In this document: positions 18,344 to 27,756 of the stretch, in pieces | How the letters are laid out: each line of letters opens with the position of its first letter | How positions within the stretch are numbered: position 1 is the stretch's first letter | Virus record (IMG/VR): IMGVR_UViG_3300030376_000797 | Coordinates: 1-42,059 of that record | Source: a virus | Taxonomy: Duplodnaviria > Caudoviricetes | Direction: 5' to 3' (one strand) | Length of the DNA: 42,059 nucleotides | The notes under the pieces: generated by a model | What the model was told of the DNA's origin: nothing | What the model saw: only the letters and a program-made list of their open reading frames with translations | Database searches by the model: none | Made by a program: the position numbers and the translations under genes

Positions 18344-18819
18344 CAGAGTTTGATGATTGCATAAAGATAGTATTAAAACACGAAGGTGGATATGTAGACG
18401 ACCCAGTTGACCCGGGTGGTGAAACTAAATACGGGATAAGTAAAAAAGCTTATCCTTTTCTTAATATTAAAGACCTTACAGAAAAAGACGCATCTGATAT
18501 TTACTTTAAAGACTATTGGTTAAAAGCAAAGGTTTCTAAAGTACCTGAAGAATTGCGTATGATTTATTTTGATATGGTTGTTAATATGGGTAAGTCAAGA
18601 GCTGTAAAGATACTACAAGAATCTATTAGTGCTAAAGGCGTAAAAACAGAGGTAGACGGAGGGATTGGACCAAAGACGATAAGTAATGCCCTTAAGTCTG
18701 GTTTAGAGCCAGAAAGACTACGTAGCTATAGAGTAAAGTACTATGCAGACTTGGTAAATAGAAAACCGAAATTAGGTAAATATTGGTATGGCTGGTACAG
18801 AAGAGCAATCTCGACATAA
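18334..18819 (+). CDS. Endolysin, glycoside hydrolase family 108
   Basis: HEGGYVDDPVDPGGETKYGIS, FDMVVNMG and VDGGIGPKT motifs. Confidence 0.93.
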   Translation: MQITEFDDCIKIVLKHEGGYVDDPVDPGGETKYGISKKAYPFLNIKDLTEKDASDIYFKDYWLKAKVSKVPEELRMIYFDMVVNMGKSRAVKILQESISAKGVKTEVDGGIGPKTISNALKSGLEPERLRSYRVKYYADLVNRKPKLGKYWYGWYRRAIST

Positions 18820-19084
18820 CGAGATTTTTGAGAAATTAGAATTTAGAGGGACTAAAAGATTTAAAGAAGCTCCTAAAGAATGTAACTGTTGTGGTTGCAC
18901 AGATATTGTAGGGATAGAGTTAATAGGAGCTAAAAAAGGTGTTTTGTATTGGGAGTGTTCTCGCTGTCAAGAAAAATACTTAAGATACACAAAGGTTACA
19001 ACAATAAAGTACTTAAAAATAGCATCCGAACTATGGATTGACTTAGGAGGTCTAGAAAACATATGCGAAGAACTACCAAATTAG
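18788..19084 (+). CDS. Zinc-ribbon protein
   Basis: CNCC...WECSRC cysteine pairs. Confidence 0.65.
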   Translation: MAGTEEQSRHNEIFEKLEFRGTKRFKEAPKECNCCGCTDIVGIELIGAKKGVLYWECSRCQEKYLRYTKVTTIKYLKIASELWIDLGGLENICEELPN

Positions 19085-19863
19085 ATGAAAAAGTTGTTAA
19101 ACGAGGAATTGTTACACCAGATAAACACTTCCCTCTCCACGACCAACCAGCAATTAATGTTGTTTGTGAGGCGATTAAAAGAGTTAAACCAGATTTCTAT
19201 GTTGACTTGGGAGACACAGGAGAGTGGGGTTCAGTCAGCCATTTCCAGTGGAAGAAAAAGAAACGCCCCCCTTTGGAGTATCAATTACCAAGGGTTTACG
19301 AAGACATTAAAAACGTTAATAAAGGAATGGACCAGATTGATGAAGCACTTGATTATGCTGGGTGCAAAGAAAGATATTTTGTTGAAGGGAATCACGAGCA
19401 ATGGCTAAACTCCTTCTCAGAAGAGAATCCGTATCTTCAAGGTCTTTCCGTAAAAGAAGCTTTACTCTTAGAACAAAGAGGGTACGAGTATTATCCAAAC
19501 GGGAAATACTTAAAGATAGGTCATCTACACTTTTATCACGGCAATCATTACGCAGGAGTAGCTCACGCAAGAAATCATCTTATAAGGCTGGGGTGTAATG
19601 TTATGTATGGACATCATCACGATTTACAAATGGCTAGTGTTACACACGTTGATGGACCTAAATCAGCTTGGAGTATTGGATGTTTAAAGGATATGTCAGA
19701 TGAAGCTAATGGATGGCTTGGTAATAGAAAAACTAATTGGCAACACGCTTTTGCAGTGGTTGATTACTATACAGACGATAGATTTACAGTTCACGTTGTT
19801 AATATATTGGATGGTGTCACATCACTCTGGGGCAAAACTATAGACGGAAACGAGTATGCCTAA
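19063..19863 (+). CDS. Calcineurin-like metallophosphoesterase
   Basis: DxH (PDKH), GD (LGDT), GNHE, HG and GHxH (GHHH) motifs in canonical order. Confidence 0.92.
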   Translation: MRRTTKLDEKVVKRGIVTPDKHFPLHDQPAINVVCEAIKRVKPDFYVDLGDTGEWGSVSHFQWKKKKRPPLEYQLPRVYEDIKNVNKGMDQIDEALDYAGCKERYFVEGNHEQWLNSFSEENPYLQGLSVKEALLLEQRGYEYYPNGKYLKIGHLHFYHGNHYAGVAHARNHLIRLGCNVMYGHHHDLQMASVTHVDGPKSAWSIGCLKDMSDEANGWLGNRKTNWQHAFAVVDYYTDDRFTVHVVNILDGVTSLWGKTIDGNEYA

Positions 19864-20137
19864 AAGGATATTTGAAATAAATACTTTTCAAGCAGGTATA
19901 ATATCAGACCCTCAAGATGAACTAGATATACCGCCTAGTGCAGCTTCTACAAGTTTAAATATTGACCCTTTGCATAATGGTGATTTAAAAGGTATTCCGG
20001 AAGTTCAAGTATTAAAAGATACTGGATTTGAAAATCCATTTTCTTCTATTTCTTATACAAGAGGAAATTCTTATACTGCACTAGAAAGCTCAGTAACACA
20101 GTTTACAAATGAACCGCCACAGAATCAGGAAAATTAA
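19856..20137 (+). CDS. Tail nozzle/stabilisation protein N-terminal-like segment
   Basis: MPKRIFEINTFQAGII...SLNIDP...GDLKG resembles the N-termini of podovirus nozzle proteins. In frame with the next gene. Confidence 0.5.
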   Translation: MPKRIFEINTFQAGIISDPQDELDIPPSAASTSLNIDPLHNGDLKGIPEVQVLKDTGFENPFSSISYTRGNSYTALESSVTQFTNEPPQNQEN

Positions 20138-20140
20138 CAA

Positions 20141-23100
20141 ATGCCAGTAAGTCCTTGGAATAAAAAATACTTTGAAGTTTACGGTACATTTAGTGGCTCT
20201 ACTGCTACTACTTTTGAAGTAAAAGTTACTGGCAATAATGGTTCAGAAGCTTGGAAGTATAGAAGTAGAGATACTGATGGTGGAGAATATAGTGCTTATA
20301 GCTCTACTACAACTATAGCTGTTGATACTGGTTATCAACTAGGTTCAACTGGAGTCTATGTTAAATTTACAAGAGCAAGTGCTACATCATACACATCAGG
20401 AGACGCTTGGGTTTTTAGTACTAATGTTGATGTTAAGCTTGATGATAGCATAGAGCAATTTGACCATATACAAACTATAGATATAGAAGACAATAGAAAT
20501 CTTTTAGCTATTAGTTCTACTACTGGTAGAGTTGCTACTATAGAAGATATTGATACTACTGAGCCTAAAGCTGTAGACACAGAACTAAGTATTGGTGCTA
20601 TAACTCCCGGACATATATTAGATTTTGAAAAAAAGAATAAAGAATTATATATTGCTAAAGGAAGAGAATCAAATCCTCAATTTTTAGGATATAGTAAGAA
20701 TAACGGATTTGAAGGTGTTGGTGATACAGAACTTAGGTCTAACCCTGCTATAGATGTTTTAGAGGGTGCTAACAACCCAAATACAGACGCATACGATATG
20801 TCTGTAGTATTAAGAGCTGGTGGTGGTGCTAATACAGCAGATGCAAAAATAGCTGTTGGTATAAATAATGTTTCTATGTCAGGAACAATTAAAAATGGAA
20901 TTACAATACAAAATTTAATAGATGATAAACTTTATGAATATGGAAGTTTAACAACTCCTATTGCAATTAAAAGATGGTATGGCAAAATGCACGGAAGCTA
21001 TTGCGATGGGTTTAGTGTATTAAGAAAGCCTGAGTTAGGTGAAGACTATGCTGGTACTATTGATTTATGGAGTTTAAATACTGCATTAGGTGGAACTATT
21101 GGACAACAGGCTAATATGTATTGCACTATTCATTTAAAAAGACCTGATAACAGTGATAAGATATTAGAGTTTGGTGATTTTTACATAGTACCTGAAACAT
21201 CTGAATTTGCTAAGTGGTATATTGTAGTAGCTAAAAATAGAAGTAGATGTAGGAACTTTAATGTTAATGATGGAGAAGGTTGGTTGTATAGAACATCTAG
21301 TATATCTACTGCTAATTTAACAGATGGGAAAATAATAGGTGCTGATGACTATGAAGATATTACTCCAAGCTTGTTTGATGTAGATGGGTCTCCTAGTGTT
21401 AAAAATGGTAATGAAATGTACTGGATGCAAAAAGTTACGCCTAGTGGTAATGTAGGACCTATAACAGCACCCGGAGGAACTTCATATACAGCAGATATGC
21501 CTGACTTTGTTATGATACACGCAAGTCACTATTCTGGTGGAAATATGACTCCTAAGATTACAGAGACTACTGAATATAGATGTTTATCTTTTGCAGGGTT
21601 TAACTCTAGTACTGGTAGCTATGGAAAGTCTCCTATATTATCTTTTACTGGGAAAATAGGACCAAGCTTAGATAAGAGAGCTAATAAGAACTGGTATCAA
21701 GCTAATTCTTGTTTAACAAGTGTTGCACAAAAACAAATAATTACTGGGGTTTCAGTAAATTGGAATGACCCAACTGCACATAGTATGCCTCAATGGACTA
21801 CAGATGCGTTTGGACCTTTTATGTCAAACAATGCTGGTAACACTAATCAAATTAATTATAGACCTGTAAACTGGTGTACTTGGATGATTGAAATAGACGA
21901 TGATAATACAGGAAGGGGTAAGTATAAATCTTTTCCCCATATGTTAGATTGGAATGAACAAGGTACTCTTGCAAAGAAATATAGAACGTTTAAAGGTAGT
22001 CAAACATTTAGTATCCCTAATTGGGTAACTTCTATTGAAAATGAATCTGGTGAAGGAGAACAACAAAAACAAGTAGGGACTGTTGTAAATAAAGGTATTA
22101 TTAAATTAGGATTAGTACCTTCAAAATCTCCCAACTTTGGTTACTCGGGTAGTATATTCTTTTCTACTATAGGTACTAAAAGACATAGACACTTGTTAAG
22201 TTATGTTAGACCGGGTAATAGAGCTGTTTATACATTTAGATTTGGTTTAGAAAGTAATACTCCACAATCATTATCAGATGTAAATAATCCAATGCTGTTT
22301 CCAAATTCTTGGGACACTAGTAATGGCAATGTAATTGAACCAGATTATCAATCTGTTAATGCTTATGCTTTATGGAATGAAGATGATACAGCTAGTGCTT
22401 TTCCTATAAGTTATTATGATACTGCCGCTAAATCTCTTTTACATAAAAGATATAGAAGTATTCCAGTATTGGGTTCCGGTGGAGATGATAAGCACGGATA
22501 CAGACCTGCTGAACACGGGAATATAACTCAAGATGTTACTGGAGGAACTACTCAATGGTATCCTCAAGCTACAGATAAGTTTCATATATTTGGAGTTAAG
22601 TATGGAGACAATGAACAGAAAGCTAGATACAGAGCATTGTTTACAGGGACAGCAGGATTTACAAATGAATACACTTCAAGTGTTTCTGAGTTTGCAATAG
22701 CTACTCCTACTGAAAGTGGTACAGCTAATAGTTGGGCAGGACCTACTATTACAAAAGCTTTTTACAAAGCGTCTTTAATATACGATGGTTATCAAGAAAC
22801 TCCATTGTTAAGTACTCCTAATTCATTCTTTAAAAGTGGTGGTATTGACCAATCTATAGATGTTGAAATAAAAATTAAAGATTCTTACCCTGTATCAGAA
22901 AGAGTAACTGGAGTAGCTTTGTATAGAGCAAGTTCTGTTACTACTGCTGAAGGAACTGACCCAGACTCTTTATATAGATTTATATCTGAAATACCATTGT
23001 TTCAATTTAACCATAGTGAAGTTAACGGACATCAAAGTTTTACTGTGAGAGATACTGGAGATGCTGAAGGTACATATGAATCTATTAATGGTCTTAGTGA

Positions 23101-24097
23101 AAATATATATGACTTAGGTGTTAATTATTCAGTAAATGCTCAACAAAATGGTTATCACTTTATAGGTAATTGTAAACATTCTCAGATAGCTGATGCAGAA
23201 AATTATCTTTTTAGGTCACAACCGGGTAAGTTTGCAATATTTGATTGGACTAAAGATTTTATTGAACTACCATTTATACCTACAGCTTTAATTGGATTTA
23301 TGGGTAAAGTATATGCATTTAGCAATAATCAATGTGCTATAGTTAATCCAGAGAACTTGTTTGTTGAAGATGTTATTGATGGGATTGGATGTATAAATAG
23401 TAAGTCTACCCTTGTAACTGATGCAGGTTTAATGTGGTGTGATTATAGGAATATATACTTAGCTTCTCCTAAGATAAGACCTATTGGTAATACTATACTA
23501 AGTACAGAAACTGATGGCTGGTTAAATTTAAGCCTAACAGAAAAAGAAGGCGTTAGAATGGGATATGATTCTAAGCGAAAAGCATTTTTATTATTTTATA
23601 CTAGAGGCACAACTCATAGATGTTGGGCTTTTAGTACTCAAAAAGGACGATGGGACCTATTTGAAACACCTAACAAGGTGATGGATACAGCCCTCACAAA
23701 AGATGGTTCTACTATATTATTACTTGCTGATAATAAGTTAGCTAAATTTCTTTCACATACGAGCATCCGAAAAGACTGGGAATGGAGCTCTAAAAGAATT
23801 TCTATGGGTGATACTATGGTAGATAAGAAAGTTAGAAACATCAAAATTGAGGGCGATTCCAAATCATTAACATCTTTGTATTATAAAATAGATGGTGACA
23901 CAGCTTGGAAAAGCGGTGTTGATGTATCTGATAAGTTTACTGGAAATCAAAACAGAGCTATTACATTACAAACAGCAGATAAGAGTAAGAAACTTCATTG
24001 GATAAAATTAAAAATACAGGGTGATAATACTTCAGTAGGTTCTGATGCTAAAGTATTTGCTACTTCTGTTATATATAAAGCAAAGAGACCTAAATAA
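20141..24097 (+). CDS. Large tail nozzle/hub protein (beta-rich)
   Basis: 1318 aa. C-terminal propeller-like region with IGCINSKSTLV...IRPIG...WEWSSK typical of tail tubular B/gp10-type proteins; precedes the ejection genes. Confidence 0.7.
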   Translation: MPVSPWNKKYFEVYGTFSGSTATTFEVKVTGNNGSEAWKYRSRDTDGGEYSAYSSTTTIAVDTGYQLGSTGVYVKFTRASATSYTSGDAWVFSTNVDVKLDDSIEQFDHIQTIDIEDNRNLLAISSTTGRVATIEDIDTTEPKAVDTELSIGAITPGHILDFEKKNKELYIAKGRESNPQFLGYSKNNGFEGVGDTELRSNPAIDVLEGANNPNTDAYDMSVVLRAGGGANTADAKIAVGINNVSMSGTIKNGITIQNLIDDKLYEYGSLTTPIAIKRWYGKMHGSYCDGFSVLRKPELGEDYAGTIDLWSLNTALGGTIGQQANMYCTIHLKRPDNSDKILEFGDFYIVPETSEFAKWYIVVAKNRSRCRNFNVNDGEGWLYRTSSISTANLTDGKIIGADDYEDITPSLFDVDGSPSVKNGNEMYWMQKVTPSGNVGPITAPGGTSYTADMPDFVMIHASHYSGGNMTPKITETTEYRCLSFAGFNSSTGSYGKSPILSFTGKIGPSLDKRANKNWYQANSCLTSVAQKQIITGVSVNWNDPTAHSMPQWTTDAFGPFMSNNAGNTNQINYRPVNWCTWMIEIDDDNTGRGKYKSFPHMLDWNEQGTLAKKYRTFKGSQTFSIPNWVTSIENESGEGEQQKQVGTVVNKGIIKLGLVPSKSPNFGYSGSIFFSTIGTKRHRHLLSYVRPGNRAVYTFRFGLESNTPQSLSDVNNPMLFPNSWDTSNGNVIEPDYQSVNAYALWNEDDTASAFPISYYDTAAKSLLHKRYRSIPVLGSGGDDKHGYRPAEHGNITQDVTGGTTQWYPQATDKFHIFGVKYGDNEQKARYRALFTGTAGFTNEYTSSVSEFAIATPTESGTANSWAGPTITKAFYKASLIYDGYQETPLLSTPNSFFKSGGIDQSIDVEIKIKDSYPVSERVTGVALYRASSVTTAEGTDPDSLYRFISEIPLFQFNHSEVNGHQSFTVRDTGDAEGTYESINGLSENIYDLGVNYSVNAQQNGYHFIGNCKHSQIADAENYLFRSQPGKFAIFDWTKDFIELPFIPTALIGFMGKVYAFSNNQCAIVNPENLFVEDVIDGIGCINSKSTLVTDAGLMWCDYRNIYLASPKIRPIGNTILSTETDGWLNLSLTEKEGVRMGYDSKRKAFLLFYTRGTTHRCWAFSTQKGRWDLFETPNKVMDTALTKDGSTILLLADNKLAKFLSHTSIRKDWEWSSKRISMGDTMVDKKVRNIKIEGDSKSLTSLYYKIDGDTAWKSGVDVSDKFTGNQNRAITLQTADKSKKLHWIKLKIQGDNTSVGSDAKVFATSVIYKAKRPK

Positions 24098-24372
24098 TGG
24101 GAAAAATTAGAAGAAAGAATCCTAACATAAAGAGAACTGCTAACAGTGGTATAAATCATTATTCTAGTGATGCAACTAGTACAAGGGATTCAAATTATCA
24201 AATAGATAAAACAGTAGAAAAAACAACAACAAGTAAAGAAGAAAAAGATGGAGCTGTAGGTACTATGAGAATTGTAGTAGATGGAGAAAAACCTTTTTTA
24301 GAAATAAAATCTAAAGAAGGATGGGTAAGAAGCGATAATTCAAGTGCCTCTGGGTTTTCATTTAAAAAATAA
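24097..24372 (+). CDS. Small virion-associated hypothetical protein
   Basis: TAATG coupling; 91 aa. Confidence 0.6.
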   Translation: MGKIRRKNPNIKRTANSGINHYSSDATSTRDSNYQIDKTVEKTTTSKEEKDGAVGTMRIVVDGEKPFLEIKSKEGWVRSDNSSASGFSFKK

Positions 24373-24392
24373 GTATATTAAAAGGTGATATT

Positions 24393-25592
24393 ATGGGAAA
24401 TTGGTTATCAGATTGGATAGATACAAGAAGCGGAGCTAATCTAAAAATAGATGCTGACGCTCAACAGGGTCGTTTTAATACAGCGATGAAACCTGTTACA
24501 GAGGGTATGGCTGAGATGAAGGGCATTGTTAAACAACAAATGGACCCTAACTCAAGTCTAAATCAAAACGCTTTAGCAACTTCAAAAGAACAATCAGCAG
24601 ATGATATTGCTGAAGCCAATAGATTAGCAGGTCGTAATGTTGCAATGGGTGGAGGCAATGCTACAGCCGCATCCTTTCTTAGTCAAGATGCTATAAATAA
24701 TATGACTGGTAAAGTTTATTCTGACTTTCAAAACAATATGAATAATAGAACTGAAGCTGGTTTAGAAAGTTTAAGTGGTATATATTCTAATTTAGGTTCT
24801 ATAGCACAGGCTGGATTCAATATGAATGAGTCAGCTTTAGCTAGTAATAAAATGATAGACCGAAACGCAACTATAGCTAAGGGTAATATGCTTGGTGGAG
24901 CGTTAAAGATTGGTGGTGGTTTATTAAGTGGTAACCCAATGATGGCTCTTAGTGGTGCAGGTAGTATGTTGCAAGAAGGTGGACCAGTAGGATATAATAC
25001 AGGTGGTCAAGTAGAAGACCCAGAAAACCCTAAGCCAGTAGGTAATGGTACTTCAGATGAAGACTCAATGTTAGACTTAGCAATGCAACAAAGAAAAGAT
25101 GATGCAAATTTTATGTACTGGAAAAATGCTCGTGGTTATGAAGAGGCAAGAAGCGGAGAAAAGTTTAAAGGATTTGCTAAAGGAATGGTAGGTGGAAACC
25201 TTGCTGGTACTTTATTAAGCACAGTTATCCCGGGAGCTCGGATTCCTGCTACAATAGCCGGTGGGTTATACGGAAGATATAAAGGTGGAAAAAACTTTGA
25301 AGAAGAACACGAAGAAGATTTTAGTGCAGAAGATAGAGCTAGGGTAAAAGAAATAAGACAGAGAAGAAAAGAGGGTTATCAAAAAGGTGGTCAATATAGC
25401 CCACTACCCGGTGATATAGTAGATGCTAAACTAGAACCCGGTGAATATGTATTAAATAGGAATGCAGTTAATACTATAGGTAAAGAAAATCTTGATGAGA
25501 TTAATGAAGAAATATCTCCTAGATTTCCTAAACAAAATCCTGATGATGACCGAAGTATAAAGATGCGAATGGGAGGATACCTATATGGCTAG
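24393..25592 (+). CDS. Internal virion (ejection) protein 1
   Basis: N/Q/A/G-rich helical sequence with Gly-zipper segments and the DIVDAKLEPGEYVLNRNAV motif. Position after the nozzle gene. Confidence 0.65.
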   Translation: MGNWLSDWIDTRSGANLKIDADAQQGRFNTAMKPVTEGMAEMKGIVKQQMDPNSSLNQNALATSKEQSADDIAEANRLAGRNVAMGGGNATAASFLSQDAINNMTGKVYSDFQNNMNNRTEAGLESLSGIYSNLGSIAQAGFNMNESALASNKMIDRNATIAKGNMLGGALKIGGGLLSGNPMMALSGAGSMLQEGGPVGYNTGGQVEDPENPKPVGNGTSDEDSMLDLAMQQRKDDANFMYWKNARGYEEARSGEKFKGFAKGMVGGNLAGTLLSTVIPGARIPATIAGGLYGRYKGGKNFEEEHEEDFSAEDRARVKEIRQRRKEGYQKGGQYSPLPGDIVDAKLEPGEYVLNRNAVNTIGKENLDEINEEISPRFPKQNPDDDRSIKMRMGGYLYG

Positions 25593-27756
25593 TCCATTAG
25601 AAACTTATTTAAGAAAGACTAAACGAAACAATGCACTTATTAATGTAAGTAGGAGAGGTGACCAAGGTGGTGGCTCAGTTTATAATAAAGATGACGAACG
25701 TGCAAAAATAGAAGCAGAGTATCTTGCTAATACAAAGATACCCCAAGCACCAGAATTTAAAGTTACTAATAGTCCAGCAAGAGAAGCTCGAAGATATAGA
25801 GATGCTAATAGAGTTCAAGATGAAAAGATAGTATATGAAGCTAGTATAAGAAATCAATTTGACCAAGCTAGAGGAGTAGGTGGAGATATTGGTTTAAAAC
25901 AAATGCATCAGATAGGTATGAATAATAGAGATGGCGTTAGCATATTTGATAAAATGTATAAAGGTGAAATGACATTTAATGAACTTGCTTCTAATTTACC
26001 TTCAGGTAATACACCTAAACCACCTAGTCTTAATGAAGGTCATAGTAATCAACTAGACCAGATGATAGCTAATGGTGTTACTATGGATGATGTTAGGATG
26101 CAACCGGGTTTAAAAAATGCTGTAAGTAACGCTTCTTTAAAGCAACAAAGAGCCCTTGAGTATAATACTACCAAAGCTAACGATGCTATGGACCTAGCTG
26201 ATAGAACTCAAATGGAATCTGACGCAAGAGATAAAGCTTATAATCAAAAAAGAAGTATGGAAGAAGCCGCTTATAAAGATAAAATGATAACTGAAGGTGG
26301 TAAATCATATTATGGTCCGGGAGTTGACCAAGATAGAATGAACTTACTTGCTAAAGATTTTGTTAAATATGATGATGAAGCACCTTTACATATGGTTTCA
26401 GCTTTAATGGGCGATAAAGACGAGACCGGTGGCTTAATGGGTATGTTAAATATACGTAAAGTTTTAGCTAAAGAAGGAGCAAGTAAAGAACAATTAGCTA
26501 AATTTGATGATTGGGGTCATAGTTCAAGAATTAAAAAGATGGAAAAAGATAACCCTAATAATTTCTTAAATGCAGAACAATTAGCTGATAAAAGAAATAA
26601 AGCAAAGCTTGATGAAATGATGGCTGTTGCTCCAGTTTCTTTATCTAAGGGTAGTAAAGCAAAACCTAGAAAGAAAAGCAAGGCTAGAGAATTATTATTA
26701 ATGGCTCAAAGAGGTGGACAAAAGTTTGCTTCGGGTTTAACTACAAGTAAAGACGACTGGAGGCATAAAGTTGCTGAAGGTGGGTTTATAAGTAAGCTTG
26801 GTGCAGGTAGTAAAGCAGTTTATGATAGATACTTTGGCGATGCTATTGCTTCTTCTAGGTATGATGATATAGCTGAAGGAGATACTTCTTTAGATGGTGC
26901 ACAGATTAAACACAGAAGAGATGCATTAGGAGAAGGTAAAGCTAGTACTGGTGATGTAGCTGGTAAGTTTCTTAGACAAGCGGCTGGAGACACAGTAACA
27001 GGTGCAGGTTTAGCGGCTATGGGAATTGCAGGGGCTCCAGTTGCATTAGCTAAGGGAGCAAAAGCACTATACGACAAAGCAAATGAAGGCAAAGCTGACT
27101 ATGAAGAATTAGCTGAGGGTAAGAAAAAGGGAAGCTTATTACAAAGACTTGGTAAAGGAATGACTTTTGCCGGTAACGCTATAGATATAATGAATGCTGA
27201 TAACCCATCTCTTGAATATGCAAATACTGATATGAAATTCTATGATGGTAAAAGTGATGAAAAAATAAAATCTATAGATATGAGTGAAGCTGGAGATGTT
27301 AATAAACCTGTTGCAGAAACAGAAGAAGCTGTAGAAAACCCAGCTCTTGAAGGCTCTGCATTAAAAGAAACAAATGTTCAAGCTAAAGTAGATGCCGCTC
27401 AAAAAGATATACCTTCTCCATTGTTAACAGATGAAATGGATGCTAGAACAAGACAGCAATTAATGGTAGATGCTGGTTTAGATATTGGTTCAAGTGGAGA
27501 AAACAAAGACGGAGTAGATGGTGACTTTGGTGCTAAGTCTGAAGCCGCTTGGAAAGAGTATACAAGTATGGTGGAAGGTGGAGATTATACCACAGGTGCT
27601 GATGGAAATATGGTGTATGATTTTAGTGGTGGAACTGGTAATGCTATTGTTCCAGAAATAACTGATTACAATAGAAGAGTACCCGGCTTACCATCCATTA
27701 CAAAACAACGAGGTGGATTTATATCAAGGCTCATTAACAACAGGAGAGCATACTAA
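25585..27756 (+). CDS. Internal virion (ejection) protein 2 with peptidoglycan-binding-like motif
   Basis: Low-complexity helical sequence, hydrophobic GAGLAAMGIAGAPVAL segment, and QQLMVDAG...VDGDFGAKSEAAW. Confidence 0.65.
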   Translation: MASPLETYLRKTKRNNALINVSRRGDQGGGSVYNKDDERAKIEAEYLANTKIPQAPEFKVTNSPAREARRYRDANRVQDEKIVYEASIRNQFDQARGVGGDIGLKQMHQIGMNNRDGVSIFDKMYKGEMTFNELASNLPSGNTPKPPSLNEGHSNQLDQMIANGVTMDDVRMQPGLKNAVSNASLKQQRALEYNTTKANDAMDLADRTQMESDARDKAYNQKRSMEEAAYKDKMITEGGKSYYGPGVDQDRMNLLAKDFVKYDDEAPLHMVSALMGDKDETGGLMGMLNIRKVLAKEGASKEQLAKFDDWGHSSRIKKMEKDNPNNFLNAEQLADKRNKAKLDEMMAVAPVSLSKGSKAKPRKKSKARELLLMAQRGGQKFASGLTTSKDDWRHKVAEGGFISKLGAGSKAVYDRYFGDAIASSRYDDIAEGDTSLDGAQIKHRRDALGEGKASTGDVAGKFLRQAAGDTVTGAGLAAMGIAGAPVALAKGAKALYDKANEGKADYEELAEGKKKGSLLQRLGKGMTFAGNAIDIMNADNPSLEYANTDMKFYDGKSDEKIKSIDMSEAGDVNKPVAETEEAVENPALEGSALKETNVQAKVDAAQKDIPSPLLTDEMDARTRQQLMVDAGLDIGSSGENKDGVDGDFGAKSEAAWKEYTSMVEGGDYTTGADGNMVYDFSGGTGNAIVPEITDYNRRVPGLPSITKQRGGFISRLINNRRAY

